Below, one piece after another: positions 1 through 10,253 of a DNA stretch of 64,000 nt. The notes under the pieces are model-generated. The model was not told the origin of the DNA. It searched no databases and saw only the letters and a list, made by a program, of their open reading frames with translations. Position 1 is the first letter of the stretch. Each line of letters opens with the position of its first letter. Source of the stretch: Alphaproteobacteria bacterium. GTDB lineage: Bacteria; Pseudomonadota; Alphaproteobacteria; MPNO01; UBA830. The translations under genes were made by a program, and so were the position numbers. The DNA is taken from positions 1,824,001 through 1,888,000 of the forward strand of contig OZ251539.1 in assembly GCA_965243135.1 (NCBI GenBank). Reading direction: 5' to 3'.

Positions 1-201
1 CACGAAGTCGCCGGGGCTTCCGATCTCGGATTCGTGCCCGACGTAGATCCAGCTGCGATCGAACACCCGGGAACGCTCCATCGCGAGAATTTCCGGTTCC
101 ACGAGAGTTCGGCGGTCGAGCTTGAAATCGTGTCCTTCGTCAACGATGTAGGAACCGTTTTTCATCCCGGAATGATGAACCAGCGCTTCTTCCTTGTCCA
201 T
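1..201 (-). CDS. Rieske ring-hydroxylating oxygenase alpha subunit, N-terminal part (runs off window start)
   Basis: Not in ORF track. Manual translation from ATG 201: MDKEEALVHHSGMKNGSYIVDEGHDFKLDRRTLVEPEILAMERSRVFDRSWIYVGHESEIGSPGDFV; the 'E..RVF..W.YVGHESEI..PGDF' pattern is the typical alpha-subunit N-terminus. Confidence 0.8.
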   Translation of the reverse strand, partial: MDKEEALVHHSGMKNGSYIVDEGHDFKLDRRTLVEPEILAMERSRVFDRSWIYVGHESEIGSPGDFV

Positions 202-479
202 CTATCGTTTCCGGCGCCGGCGGGCCGCGGCTTCGACGTGGCCCGCCCGTTCGCGACGGAGGCCTTTTCGATCCAGATGCATGGAGCCATAGCACGGAAA
301 TTCGGAGCGCGGGACGTGCCGCGGCGCGGCGACCCGAGAGCTGCGATGCAAAGCGCCGTTTCCATCCATCGGCTCCCCGATGCTTTTATCTGCGGACATG
401 GCGAATATTGCCCGGAACGTAGCCGTTCCGGTAAGCTGTTCCAGCATGTAGGATCGGCATGCCGCACGGAGGCGCGACG

Positions 480-1214
480 ATGAGCGAAGCAGGAAAAGAA
501 TACCGGTTCGTAATCGAAGCATATAGTCCCGAAACCATGCCAATGTTGCGGCTAGCCGAATACATGACCGATCTGGCGCGAATATTCGGCGAGAACGAAT
601 ATGTGCATTTCGTGCGTCTGGAGCGCGGCAGCACCGTTCTGGTACAGGCCGTCGATCCCGATGTCGAGCCCAAAATGCGAGGCAGGCTCCGCGCCATTGC
701 GAGCGGGGAGCCTCCCGAAGACGCGGCCAGGGCGTTCGGATCGCTGAACGGACGTCTGGCTGCAGACGGTGCGACCGGCAGCCTGCAGGACGGCGACGGC
801 GCGGAGGTCATCCGGTTTCCCGGTCGCGAACGATCACGGAACGTGAACTATGGGCCGCACAATCAATCGGACACGCTCGATGGCACTCTGATCCGCATAG
901 GCAGTCGAGACGACACCGTGCCTGTACACCTGAAGGATGACGACACAATCCACATGTGCAATGCGACCCGTTCCATGGCTAAAGATCTGGCACCTTATCT
1001 TTACGGTCCGGTTTTACGAGTACACGGAGATGCACGCTGGGAAAGAAATAGCGATGGCCAATGGTTATTGGAGCGTTTCAATATCAAAAAATTCGAAGAA
1101 CTGGAAGATGTACCGGTTAGCGAAGTCGTAGATCGATTGCGCCGTATCGAAGGAAGCAATTGGAAAAACATTGAAGATCCTGCAGGCGAGATCCAGAGAT
1201 TGCGTAGCTCTTAA
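480..1214 (+). CDS. Conserved hypothetical protein (244 aa)
   Basis: GGAGG upstream of ATG 480; globular-looking protein (MSEAGKEYRFVIEAYSPETMPMLRLAEY...); GC lower than the core genes. Confidence 0.75.
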   Translation: MSEAGKEYRFVIEAYSPETMPMLRLAEYMTDLARIFGENEYVHFVRLERGSTVLVQAVDPDVEPKMRGRLRAIASGEPPEDAARAFGSLNGRLAADGATGSLQDGDGAEVIRFPGRERSRNVNYGPHNQSDTLDGTLIRIGSRDDTVPVHLKDDDTIHMCNATRSMAKDLAPYLYGPVLRVHGDARWERNSDGQWLLERFNIKKFEELEDVPVSEVVDRLRRIEGSNWKNIEDPAGEIQRLRSS

Positions 1215-1851
1215 TGCCAGTTATTGGTAGTGCAGTACCATAACTCTTACTTATTGTTACAGATTTTCAAAATAAAAACTCGAATTTGTTCGAACTGCCG
1301 CATTTTTCATAATCTTCAGTCATTTCTTCAAGAAATTTTTTACGCTCAACGCAAAATTTTCTCCTTGATGGCAGCATCATGGGACATGTGCGGCGACAAT
1401 TCCGTCAAGACTTCGACAAGGCACGCTTGCCGGGAAACAGCACAGCTCTGTCGTAGACACCGGCTGGCGGCCTCGTTATTGGCGAGCGGATTTTTTGATG
1501 GTATAAACCGTTCGCTTCATGTGCGAATGACTGGTCGCTGGGGAGTGACCGCGTGAGGTATCAGCTGGGGTCGTTGCGGTTCTGCGCGATGACCGTCCTG
1601 CTTTCCGCAGATTAGAGGTTTGGAAAGTGCCGCCGCCGCCAGAATCAGAACCTATTCCCGAGTCGGGGCATACGGTCAAAACGGCAGCATGTCCCCCGCG
1701 CCCTAGCCGGTTGCCGTCCGATTACTCGTGCCGTATCGCCCGCCTGGAGTCGCTCCCCGGTAACGCGTCCGGTTCGGACAAGACCTGGGTTCACCGGGCC
1801 CATGCCGAGGCTGTCCGGCATCTGAAATCGGCAATACGGCGTTGACCCGTT

Positions 1852-2367
1852 GTGGATCCGTTCGTCTCGCTCGTCCACGCCCTTTCGGCCGACAAGGTTC
1901 GTTTTCTAATCATCGGCGTGTGGGGAGCTAACTACTACGCGCCGACAGGCAGCGCGATGTTCACCACCCTCGATCGCGACCTCTTCATGCCGGCGGAGCC
2001 CGAAAGTTTGCTTGCCGCGTGGCGCGCATGCGAAGCGAACGGATTTGCGCTGTTCGCCGGCTCGGAGCCGCTCGACCTTCCACGCGATGACGCTCTCGCC
2101 AGCGCCGTGGTGGCGCGGCGCGCGCTCACTCGGGCATCCGATAACGCCGGCACCGATGTGGACCTTTCCTTGGTTATGGGCGATTTTGAATTCGAAACGG
2201 TCTGGAAAGAGCGCAGAATTTTCAAGGTCGACGGAGTTTCCATGCCGGTCGCCAGACTCGCTCACATCGTCCGATCAAAGGCGACGGCTAACCGCGAAAA
2301 GGATCGTCTCTTCCTCGCGACGCACCGGGAGGCGCTTCGACATCTTTTATCAGAAGATGCAATGTAG
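1852..2367 (+). CDS. Nucleotidyltransferase-fold protein (DUF6036/AbiEii-like)
   Basis: 'FLIIGVWGANYY...TTLDRDL' (G..G, DxD) and C-terminal 'IVRSKATANREKDRLFL' (K....R.KD). Confidence 0.7.
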   Translation: MDPFVSLVHALSADKVRFLIIGVWGANYYAPTGSAMFTTLDRDLFMPAEPESLLAAWRACEANGFALFAGSEPLDLPRDDALASAVVARRALTRASDNAGTDVDLSLVMGDFEFETVWKERRIFKVDGVSMPVARLAHIVRSKATANREKDRLFLATHREALRHLLSEDAM

Positions 2368-2518
2368 GCCGAAGCGGCAATAAGGTCGGCGTTCGCTAAG
2401 ACCCAAGAAAGCGCCGAGCGATGAAAGAAAACGGCTGGCCGATCACGAAACCGCCGGATGTCCGGAAGACGGCTCCATGCCGCCGCGACGTCGCGGCGTT
2501 TCCCGGCGGGACCGGGCG

Positions 2519-4087
2519 ATGACCGATCAGCGTTGCCAGGTTGCGATCGTCGGCGGCGGCCCGGTCGGGCTGGCTCTCGCAGTCGATCTTGGGCTGCGAG
2601 GCATCTCGTGCATTCTCGTCGAACGGCGGCGCGGCCTCCACAATATCCCGAAGGGACAGAATCTTACCCAGCGGACGCTTGAACATTTCCATTTTTGGGG
2701 GATCGCCGACGAACTGCGAGCCTCAAGGGTGATTCCCGCCGATTTTCCCGGAAATTTCATCGTCGCTTACGGCAGCCTCGCCAGCGAGCACTGGTACGTG
2801 CCAGCGGCCCGGGAAGACGTCGACCGTTATTTCTACCAACGCGGCGACCGCCTGCCCCAGTACCTCGCCGAGAGAGTGCTTCGGAGGAGGCTGGCGGATT
2901 GCGCCGGCGTCGAAACGATGTATGGATGGGAAGCGAAAGCCGTCAACGACGCGGACGAGGGCGTTCGGGTCGAAATCTCCGACGGAACCCGGCGCCGGAC
3001 GCTGATGGCGGATTACGCCGTCGGATGCGACGGCAACCGCTCCCTGGTCCGAACCCAGCTCGGCCTTTCCCGGAGCGGGACCGACTACGACCGGCCGATG
3101 GTGCTTGCGGTGTTCCGCTCGCGCGAACTGCACGAGCGACTAAAGCGCTTTCCCCCCGCATACATTTACCGAGTCGTTCACAAGGATTTGCGCGGCTACT
3201 GGCGATTCTTCGGCCGCGTCGACGACCGCAGCCGCTGGTTCTTTCACGCGCCTGCCCCCGCGGACCCGAAGGAACGCGCTGTGCGCCGGTTGCTCCACGA
3301 CGCGGCCGGGTTCGGTTTTTCCTGCAGTTTCGACCACATCGGATCTTGGAACCTGCATGTCTCGATTGCGGACGACTACCGCCGCCGAAGGATATTCATC
3401 GCCGGCGATGCCGCCCACAGCCATCCGCCTTACGGCGGATTTGGGTTGAACAGCGGTTTGGAGGACGCCGTCAATTTGGGATGGAAGCTTGCCGCCGTTC
3501 TCGAGGGTTGGGGCGGCGAAACGTTGTTGCAGTCCTATGCGGACGAGCGGCGACCCGTAATCCGGGAAACGACGAAACATTTTATCGAAGGCCGGATAAC
3601 CGAGGATCGCGTTTTCCTCGATCGCTTCGATCCCGAGAGGAATCCCGACGAGTTCGCCCGAGCCTGGCAGGAGCACCGAGCGGCGGGCGCGAGGCGCACG
3701 ATGGCCTACGTGCCCCATTACGAAGGTTCGCCCGTAATCGCCGGGCCGTCCGCCGGCGTCTGCGGAGCGATCGGCGAACATCGCCTGACCGCCCGCGCCG
3801 GCCATCATCTTGCGCCCTTGCGGCTTGCGTCCGGCATCAACGCGTTCGAGGTCCTGGGACGTCGCTTCACGCTGTTCGCCTTCGATGCCGAAGCCTCCGC
3901 GGTCGGGGAATTCGAACATGCGGCCCGGCGACTCGCCATACCGCTTCAGGTCGTTCGTGACAGGCTGGAGGGCGGCACCTACGGCGCCCGCATCGTTCTC
4001 GTGCGTCCCGATCAACACGTCGTCTGGACAGGAGATACGGCTCCGGCGGATGCGGCCGCCTTGATGTCGCAGGTCACGGGACGATAG
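2519..4087 (+). CDS. FAD-dependent aromatic monooxygenase (FAD_binding_3 family)
   Basis: GGGPVG dinucleotide motif, GCDG, 'GDAAHSHPPYGGFGLNSGLEDAVNLGWKLA', C-terminal 'LVRPDQHV'. Confidence 0.9.
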   Translation: MTDQRCQVAIVGGGPVGLALAVDLGLRGISCILVERRRGLHNIPKGQNLTQRTLEHFHFWGIADELRASRVIPADFPGNFIVAYGSLASEHWYVPAAREDVDRYFYQRGDRLPQYLAERVLRRRLADCAGVETMYGWEAKAVNDADEGVRVEISDGTRRRTLMADYAVGCDGNRSLVRTQLGLSRSGTDYDRPMVLAVFRSRELHERLKRFPPAYIYRVVHKDLRGYWRFFGRVDDRSRWFFHAPAPADPKERAVRRLLHDAAGFGFSCSFDHIGSWNLHVSIADDYRRRRIFIAGDAAHSHPPYGGFGLNSGLEDAVNLGWKLAAVLEGWGGETLLQSYADERRPVIRETTKHFIEGRITEDRVFLDRFDPERNPDEFARAWQEHRAAGARRTMAYVPHYEGSPVIAGPSAGVCGAIGEHRLTARAGHHLAPLRLASGINAFEVLGRRFTLFAFDAEASAVGEFEHAARRLAIPLQVVRDRLEGGTYGARIVLVRPDQHVVWTGDTAPADAAALMSQVTGR

Positions 4088-4263
4088 TCCTCGACGGTGC
4101 GGGCGCGCAAAGCGGAGAACCATTCGCACGCCTGTGCCTGGAGGCGGGGGAGACAAGCGCTCGGCCGGCGACCGGGATTCAGAGCCTTCAGAACCGGGGG
4201 CATCGGTAGCGGCAGCGCCCTTCGGCGCAGGTCGCTTGCGCCGCGCGACGGCGGAAGCGTCAA

Positions 4264-5505
4264 TTATCGATCCCACAACTCGCTCAGCGGCACGGCCAGC
4301 AGGCGCTCGTCGCGCATCGGCAGAACATCCCTTCCGTCGTAGAGCAGAATGCCTTGCTCGAAATCCGCGCCACACCGCTCCGCAAGTCGGGCGAGGCCCT
4401 GCCCGTCCTTCGAAGTCAGAGTGGCGCTGGCCTTGACTTCGATACCCCAAGTCCGCTCGCCCCGGGTCAAGACCACATCGACCTCTACCTGATCCTTGTC
4501 ACGATAATGCCACAACCGTACGTCGGGGTCGGTCCATGCGGCTTGGGCGGCGAGTTGCTGAACCACCCAAGCTTCCAACAGATGCCCCATGCGGTTCCGA
4601 TTATGAAGCCAGTCCTCGGCTTTCAAATCGGCAAGGACTGCCGCAACGCCGCTATCGATCAGGTACGCTTTCGGCGAACTGACGAGACGTTTGGCCGGAT
4701 TACGACGCCAAGCGGGCAGACGCCGCACCAGATACAGCCGTTCGAGCACGCCCAGATAGCGCTCCACCGTTTCCCTGCGCAACCCGAGGTCGCCGGCGGC
4801 ACGGCTTGCGTTAAAGATTTCACCATTCCGCAGAGCGAGGAGTTCCAACAGGCGAAGCAGTTCACGAGCATCTCTCACGCGGGCCACATCGCGCACGTCT
4901 CTTTCAATTATGCTTTGCAGATATTGCCGATGCCATTGCCTTGCACGGACGGGGCTTCGGGTGAGCGCCACGGGATAGCCGCCAGCCACCATGCGTTGCG
5001 CCAGCGTCGACCCGGCAGGCGAATCGCGGTTTCCGATACCCGGCTGGAAATCGCCTTTCAACAAGGCGCTTACGAACCCGCCGGCCCGCCCCTCTTTTTC
5101 GGCTTCCGTCAGAGGATGCAATTGCGTGATTTCCATGCGGCCCGCGAGAGATTCAGTCACACTGGGCAGAAGCAGCAAATTAGCCGAACCGGTGAGCAGG
5201 AAACGACCGGACTTGCGGTTCTGGTCGACCGCGAGCTTGATGGCTGGAAACAGGGTCGGAACCCGTTGTATCTCATCGAGAATCACGGCACCCGGCAGGT
5301 TGGCGACGAACCCGTTGGGATCCGACGAAGCGGTCCGGTAGTAGTTGTCCTCGTCCAGGCTGATGAAGGCGTGATCTGGCGCAATCTGCCGAACGAGCGT
5401 AGTTTTCCCGCATTGCCGCGGACCGAGAACGCAGACTACAGGCGTATCCGCCAGTGCTTCATGAATTACGGGCGTCAACAAACGGGGAAAAAAATTCGAA
5501 ATCAT
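4264..5505 (-). CDS. AAA_14 ATPase with winged-helix and DUF4143 (PD-(D/E)XK-like) C-terminus
   Basis: Walker A GPRQCGKT, Walker B ILDEIQ, 'LTGS', 'ESLAGR', 'GGYP', 'SPKAYLIDSG', 'EVDVVL...GIEVKAS'. Confidence 0.92.
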   Translation of the reverse strand: MISNFFPRLLTPVIHEALADTPVVCVLGPRQCGKTTLVRQIAPDHAFISLDEDNYYRTASSDPNGFVANLPGAVILDEIQRVPTLFPAIKLAVDQNRKSGRFLLTGSANLLLLPSVTESLAGRMEITQLHPLTEAEKEGRAGGFVSALLKGDFQPGIGNRDSPAGSTLAQRMVAGGYPVALTRSPVRARQWHRQYLQSIIERDVRDVARVRDARELLRLLELLALRNGEIFNASRAAGDLGLRRETVERYLGVLERLYLVRRLPAWRRNPAKRLVSSPKAYLIDSGVAAVLADLKAEDWLHNRNRMGHLLEAWVVQQLAAQAAWTDPDVRLWHYRDKDQVEVDVVLTRGERTWGIEVKASATLTSKDGQGLARLAERCGADFEQGILLYDGRDVLPMRDERLLAVPLSELWDR

Positions 5506-6480
5506 TTGCCTATTGCCCTAGCGTCCGTCTGCTTTCTTAGTCAGCGTTCATTTGCGGTTTACTATATCGTCCAATTGCCGCTTGACGTGGCGTCAAGTTG
5601 CCTATTGCCCTAGCGTTCGCCTGCTTTCTGCTCCAGCGTCTGTCTGCCGTTTATCATACCGTCTGATCATTGTCTGGTATCTCGTCCATTTGCCTACCGT
5701 CCCAGCGTCCATCCGCTTTCCTGATCAGTGTCCGTTTGCAGTTTACTATATTGTCCACTTGCTGTCTGATATGGCGTCAAGTTGCCTATTGCCATAGCGT
5801 CGACCTGCTTTCTTCTCCAGCGTCTATCTGCCGTTTATCATACCGTCTGATCATTGTCTGGTATAGCGTCCATTTGCCTATCGTTTCAGCGTCCATCCGC
5901 TTTCCTGATCAGCGTCTAATTGCGGGTTATTATACCGTCTAACTGCTGTCTGATATGGCGTCAAGTTGCCTATTGCCATAGCGTCGACCTGCTTTCTTCT
6001 TCAGCGTCTATCTGCCGTTTATCATACCGTCTGATCATTGTCTGGTATAGCGTCCATTTGCCTATCGTTTCAGCGTCCATCCGCTTTCCTGATCAGCGTC
6101 TAATTGCGGTTTGTTATAATGTCTAATTGCTGTCTGATATAGCGTCTATTTGCCTATTGCCATAGCGTTCTCCTGCTTTTTGCTCCAGCGTCTGTCTGGC
6201 GTTTATCATACCGTCTGATCATTGTCTGGTATCGCGTCCATTTGCCTACCGTCCCAGCGTCCATCCGCTTTCCCGATCAGTGTCCGTTTGCGGTTTTCTA
6301 TATTGTCCAGTTGCCGCTTGATATCGCGTCCATTTGCCTATCGTCTTAGCGTCCATCCGCTTTCCTGACCAGCATCTAATTGCTGTCTGATATGGCGTCT
6401 ATTTGCCTATTGCCATAGCGTTCGCCTGCTTTTTGCTCCAGCGTCTGCTTGCCGTTTATTGTAGATTGCTGGCTGGCATA
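5498..6480. repeat. Non-coding tandem array, 23-bp period, 41 full units (5521-6463) plus partial end units; higher-order 92-bp and 184-bp repeats
   Basis: Manually phased: units start at 5521+23n with no indel to 6463; consensus approximately gcGTC-N4-TGC-N10-a; four unit types cycle A-B-C-D. Confidence 0.95.
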
Positions 6481-6653
6481 GCGTCTGTTCAGCAAAAAAC
6501 TGGCATTGGTGCTGATTTCCTGTACAGAAACGATACGTTACCTATTGTTTTGAAAACCGACCTGCCTATCGCAGGTTCAAGACTTTCCTGCGGCAATCGC
6601 GGGCAGCAAGGCACTCGTTCACGGCATTCCCGGAAAAGCTGACGCGCGCCGCG

Positions 6654-7052
6654 CTACTCGGTGTCCGGGACCATCGCTGTCGTCTCGATCTCCACTCTGG
6701 CGCGATCCTCCATCAGCGCGACGACCTGGACCGCCGCCATTGCCGGGAAAACGAGGCCCATCACCTCGCGATAAGCTGTTCCGACTTCCCGCAGATTCGC
6801 CAGATATTCACGCTTGTCGACGAAATACATCGTCATGCGGCAAACGTGCTCCGGCGCCGCGCCGCCTTCGCGCAACACCGCCACCGTGTTGATCATCGCT
6901 TGACGGAACTGCGGAACGAATTCGTCGCTCTCGAACTTCTCCTCGGCGTTCCAACCGACCATTCCGGCGACGAACACCATTCGACCCTCGGCCGCGATCC
7001 CGTTCGAATACCCTTTCGGCCTGGACCAGCCAGGGGGATTGAGAACCCGCAT
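6654..7052 (-). CDS. RidA/YjgF family protein
   Basis: 'PKGYSNG', 'FPAMAAVQVVAL...VEIETTA'; usual member of abm-type clusters. Confidence 0.9.
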   Translation of the reverse strand: MRVLNPPGWSRPKGYSNGIAAEGRMVFVAGMVGWNAEEKFESDEFVPQFRQAMINTVAVLREGGAAPEHVCRMTMYFVDKREYLANLREVGTAYREVMGLVFPAMAAVQVVALMEDRARVEIETTAMVPDTE

Positions 7053-7212
7053 GGCAGCGTCTCCTTTCGACGGCGCCGACCCTCCTTGCAGGGGCGCAGC
7101 ATTTGTTTAGGCTTATCGCCATGCCGAAGCAAACTGGCGGGATCGATGCCGTGAACGGACGACAGCAGACGACGTGCGCGCCGTTCGGCGAGAGGCCCCT
7201 TTTTCCTGCGTT

Positions 7213-8022
7213 ATGACTGACCGCAATGCCGACAGAATGCAGGGTTCGCCGCTGAAGGATCGCCATGCGCTCGTCACCGGCGCGAGTCGCGGTATTGGAG
7301 CTGCGGTCGCCGAAGCGTTGGCGCGGCTGGGAGCGAACGTTACGCTTCTCGGACGCGACCGCGTCGCCCTGGAAGAACGCGCGGACGCCGTCGCCGCGGC
7401 ATATGAAATCAACGCCCGGCCGGAGGCGGCGGATGTCGGCGAAGCGGACCAGGTGGCCGCCGCCTTCAGGAACGCCGTTGCCGCCAATGGTCCGGTTTCG
7501 ATACTGGTCAACAACGCCGGAGCCGCGGAAAGCGCTCCCTTCCATCGAACGGAACCCGCTTTGTGGGAAACCATGCTCAGGGTCAATCTCACCGGAACGT
7601 TCGTCTGCACGCGAGCGGCACTGCCGGACATGCTCAAGGCCGGTTACGGCCGCATCGTGAACGTTGCGTCGACCGCCGGACTTCGAGGATATGCCTACGT
7701 TTCCGCCTACTGCGCCGCAAAGCACGGGGTTATCGGGCTGACGCGGGCGCTGGCCTTGGAAACGGCGATGAAGGGAATTACCGTCAACGCCGTCTGCCCG
7801 GGATATACGGACACGGACATGACCCGCGAGACGATCGACAATATCGTGGCGAAAACCGGACGCACGCCCGAAGAATCGACCGGCGAACTCGTAGCCTCCA
7901 ATCCGCAGCGACGCCTGATCCAGCCGTGGGAAGTGGCTGAAACCGTCGCATGGCTCGCCCTGCCCGCCTCGTCCTCCATTACCGGCCAAGCGGTTCCCGT
8001 GGCTGGCGGCGAAGTGATGTGA
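7213..8022 (+). CDS. SDR family oxidoreductase
   Basis: [17 protein letters not shown] (YxxxK). Start could be 7213 or 7237. Confidence 0.9.
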   Translation: MTDRNADRMQGSPLKDRHALVTGASRGIGAAVAEALARLGANVTLLGRDRVALEERADAVAAAYEINARPEAADVGEADQVAAAFRNAVAANGPVSILVNNAGAAESAPFHRTEPALWETMLRVNLTGTFVCTRAALPDMLKAGYGRIVNVASTAGLRGYAYVSAYCAAKHGVIGLTRALALETAMKGITVNAVCPGYTDTDMTRETIDNIVAKTGRTPEESTGELVASNPQRRLIQPWEVAETVAWLALPASSSITGQAVPVAGGEVM

Positions 8023-8243
8023 CGACAGGGTTGACGGGCGTTCGGCTCGCGTTCCGCTTGCGGCGCGCGTCCGTCTCGTCGGCGAACGGGGTCGCGAGTC
8101 CGCGACCCGGCGCTCCCGAACCCTCGGGGCTCGATCTCTGCCGCGCCGGACCGTATTCCAAAACTGCGCCGCAGGGCGTCGGAACGTCGCGGCAAGCGCG
8201 GCTCGCCCGACGCCGCTCCGGCTCGCACCATGGAGGGTACTGA

Positions 8244-9062
8244 ATGAAATCGGCAAACGGCGCGGCGCTCTCGCCGGAGCATTTCGACTGGGTCGTAGAC
8301 GGCAAGGTCGCGACGATCACTATCAACCGGCCCGAGCGGAAGAATCCGCTCACCTTCGAATCGTACGCGGAACTCAGGGATACCTTCGCCGCGCTGCGTC
8401 ACGCCGACGACGTCAAGGCGGTCGTGATCACCGGCGCCGGAGGCAACTTCTGCTCCGGCGGCGATGTCCACGAGATCATCCGCCCGCTGGTCGACATGGA
8501 CATGAAGGACCTTCTGCGGTTCACGGAAATGACAGGCGACGTCGTCAAGGCGATGCGCGCGTGTCCGCAGCCGGTCATAGCGGCGATCGAGGGCGTGTGC
8601 GCGGGCGCCGGCGCCATCCTCGCGATGGCGTCCGACATGCGTTACGGCACCGCGGACTCGAAAACGGCCTTTCTTTTCACCCGCGTCGGCCTTGCGGGCT
8701 GCGACATGGGCGCCTGCGCCATCCTGCCGCGCATCGTCGGCCAGGGCCGCGCCTCCGAACTGCTCTACACCGGCCGCTCGATGTCCGGGGAGGAAGCCTA
8801 TCGCTGGGGTTTCCTGAACGGCCTCTGCGCTCCGGGCGAGACCTTGACCCACGCCCGGGACCAGGCCCGCCGCCTTGCCGAAGGTCCCACTTTCGCGCAC
8901 GCTATCACGAAACGGCAACTCCATATGGAGTGGGACATGAGCGTCGAGGACGCGATCACGGCCGAAGCGGAAGCGCAAGCGATTTGCATGCAAACAGGAG
9001 ATTTCAAGAGAGCCTACGAAGCGTTCCGAGACAAGCGAAAGCCGGTTTTCGAAGGCGATTGA
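8244..9062 (+). CDS. Enoyl-CoA hydratase family protein (abm-cluster type)
   Basis: '[17 protein letters not shown]', 'FCSGGDV', '[19 protein letters not shown]'. Confidence 0.92.
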   Translation: MKSANGAALSPEHFDWVVDGKVATITINRPERKNPLTFESYAELRDTFAALRHADDVKAVVITGAGGNFCSGGDVHEIIRPLVDMDMKDLLRFTEMTGDVVKAMRACPQPVIAAIEGVCAGAGAILAMASDMRYGTADSKTAFLFTRVGLAGCDMGACAILPRIVGQGRASELLYTGRSMSGEEAYRWGFLNGLCAPGETLTHARDQARRLAEGPTFAHAITKRQLHMEWDMSVEDAITAEAEAQAICMQTGDFKRAYEAFRDKRKPVFEGD

Positions 9063-9065
9063 GCG

Positions 9066-10253
9066 ATGTCTGACCGGAGCTACCTGGACTGGCCGTTCCT
9101 CGAGGAGGCGCACCGCGAACTGGCGGACGCCATCCGCGACTGGGCGGATCGGGAAATCGTTCCGATCTCCGACGGCGAGCCCGGGGATCGCGCCGAACTC
9201 GATTCGCTGGCGCGGGAACTCGTGCAGAGGCTCGCCGCGGGCGGCTGGCTGCGATACGCCGTTCCCGCGCCTTGGGGCGGCTTGCGCGAAACCCTCGACG
9301 TCCGGTCCCTTTGTCTGATCCGGGAGACTCTCGCGCAATATTCGGGCATGGCGGATTTTTCGTTCGTCATGCAAGGGCTCGGCTCGGGGCCCATCTCGTT
9401 GTTCGGTTCGGAGGAACAGCGGCAGGCGTATCTGCCCGGCGTGGCGTCCGGCGACCGGATCGCGGCCTTCGCCCTTTCCGAACCGGATTCCGGATCGGAC
9501 GTCGCCGCGATGTCGACCTCGGCCAGACGCGACGGCGACTTCTACGTGATCGACGGCGAAAAGACGCTCATCTCCAACGGCGGCATCGCCGATCAATACG
9601 TCGTCTTCGCCCGGACGGAGGAAGCGACCGGCGCGAAAGGACTTTCCGCGTTCGTGGTCGAGGACGGCGCCCCCGGCTTCTCGATCGCCGAGCGCTTCGA
9701 CGTCATTGCGCCGCACCCGCTCGGCCGTCTCCGTTTCGACGGTTGCCGCGTGCCGGCAACGCAGATGTTGGGCAACCCGGGGGAAGGTTTCCGGATCGCC
9801 ATGTCCTCGCTGGACGTGTTTCGTTCGACGGTCGGGGCCGCCGCCCTCGGCTTCGCCCGGCGCGCTTACGACGAAGCAATCGGGCAGGCGCGGACGCGGA
9901 AAGCTTTTGGCAAGGCGATCGCGGAGCACCAGATGGTGCAAGCCAAGATCGCGGACATGGCCCTGAAGATCGACGCCGCGGCGCTGCTGGTCTACCGTTC
10001 CGCCTGGACGCGAGACGCCGCGGGCGGGCGCGTCACCAGGGAAGCCGCCATGGCGAAGCTGTACGCAACCGAAAGCGCGCAGGAAATCGTCGACGAGGCG
10101 GTGCAGATTTTCGGCGGCATGGGCGTCGTGACGGGTTCGACGGTGGAACGCCTGTACCGCGAGGTTCGGGCCTTGCGAATCTACGAGGGAACCAGCGAAA
10201 TCCAGAGACTGATCATCGCCGGCCAGGCTCTGGCAGAAAGCGCGACGAAGTGA
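9066..10253 (+). CDS. Acyl-CoA dehydrogenase
   Basis: '[14 protein letters not shown]', 'VQIFGGMG', '[11 protein letters not shown]'. Confidence 0.93.
   Translation: MSDRSYLDWPFLEEAHRELADAIRDWADREIVPISDGEPGDRAELDSLARELVQRLAAGGWLRYAVPAPWGGLRETLDVRSLCLIRETLAQYSGMADFSFVMQGLGSGPISLFGSEEQRQAYLPGVASGDRIAAFALSEPDSGSDVAAMSTSARRDGDFYVIDGEKTLISNGGIADQYVVFARTEEATGAKGLSAFVVEDGAPGFSIAERFDVIAPHPLGRLRFDGCRVPATQMLGNPGEGFRIAMSSLDVFRSTVGAAALGFARRAYDEAIGQARTRKAFGKAIAEHQMVQAKIADMALKIDAAALLVYRSAWTRDAAGGRVTREAAMAKLYATESAQEIVDEAVQIFGGMGVVTGSTVERLYREVRALRIYEGTSEIQRLIIAGQALAESATK

Noticed and set aside
34-483. 149-aa plus-strand ORF at window start
   Set aside because: Overlaps the minus-strand Rieske alpha fragment and has no motifs.
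4354-5613. 419-aa plus-strand ORF
   Set aside because: Antisense shadow of the AAA_14 gene with no motifs.
5498-6480. CRISPR array
   Set aside because: No constant repeat alternating with unique spacers; variable parts are 4 and ~11 nt and recur periodically; no cas genes in the window.
5552-6642. Short ORFs in the repeat array as a repeat protein
   Set aside because: The 23/92/184-bp periods shift frame, and the ORFs are short, stop-interrupted by-products of the repeat.
7707-9941. 744-aa minus-strand ORF and other long Arg/Pro-rich ORFs (e.g. 12685-14943, 52109-54214, 55239-57119, 57495-59114)
   Set aside because: Shadow frames of well-supported genes, expected in high-GC DNA.
9272-10249. 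Apparent N-terminal extensions or fusions (also on the ORFs for sufS, crcB, ATP12, DUF1185 and the beta subunits)
   Set aside because: They overlap real upstream genes in another frame; true starts are at the coupled ATG/GTG codons.
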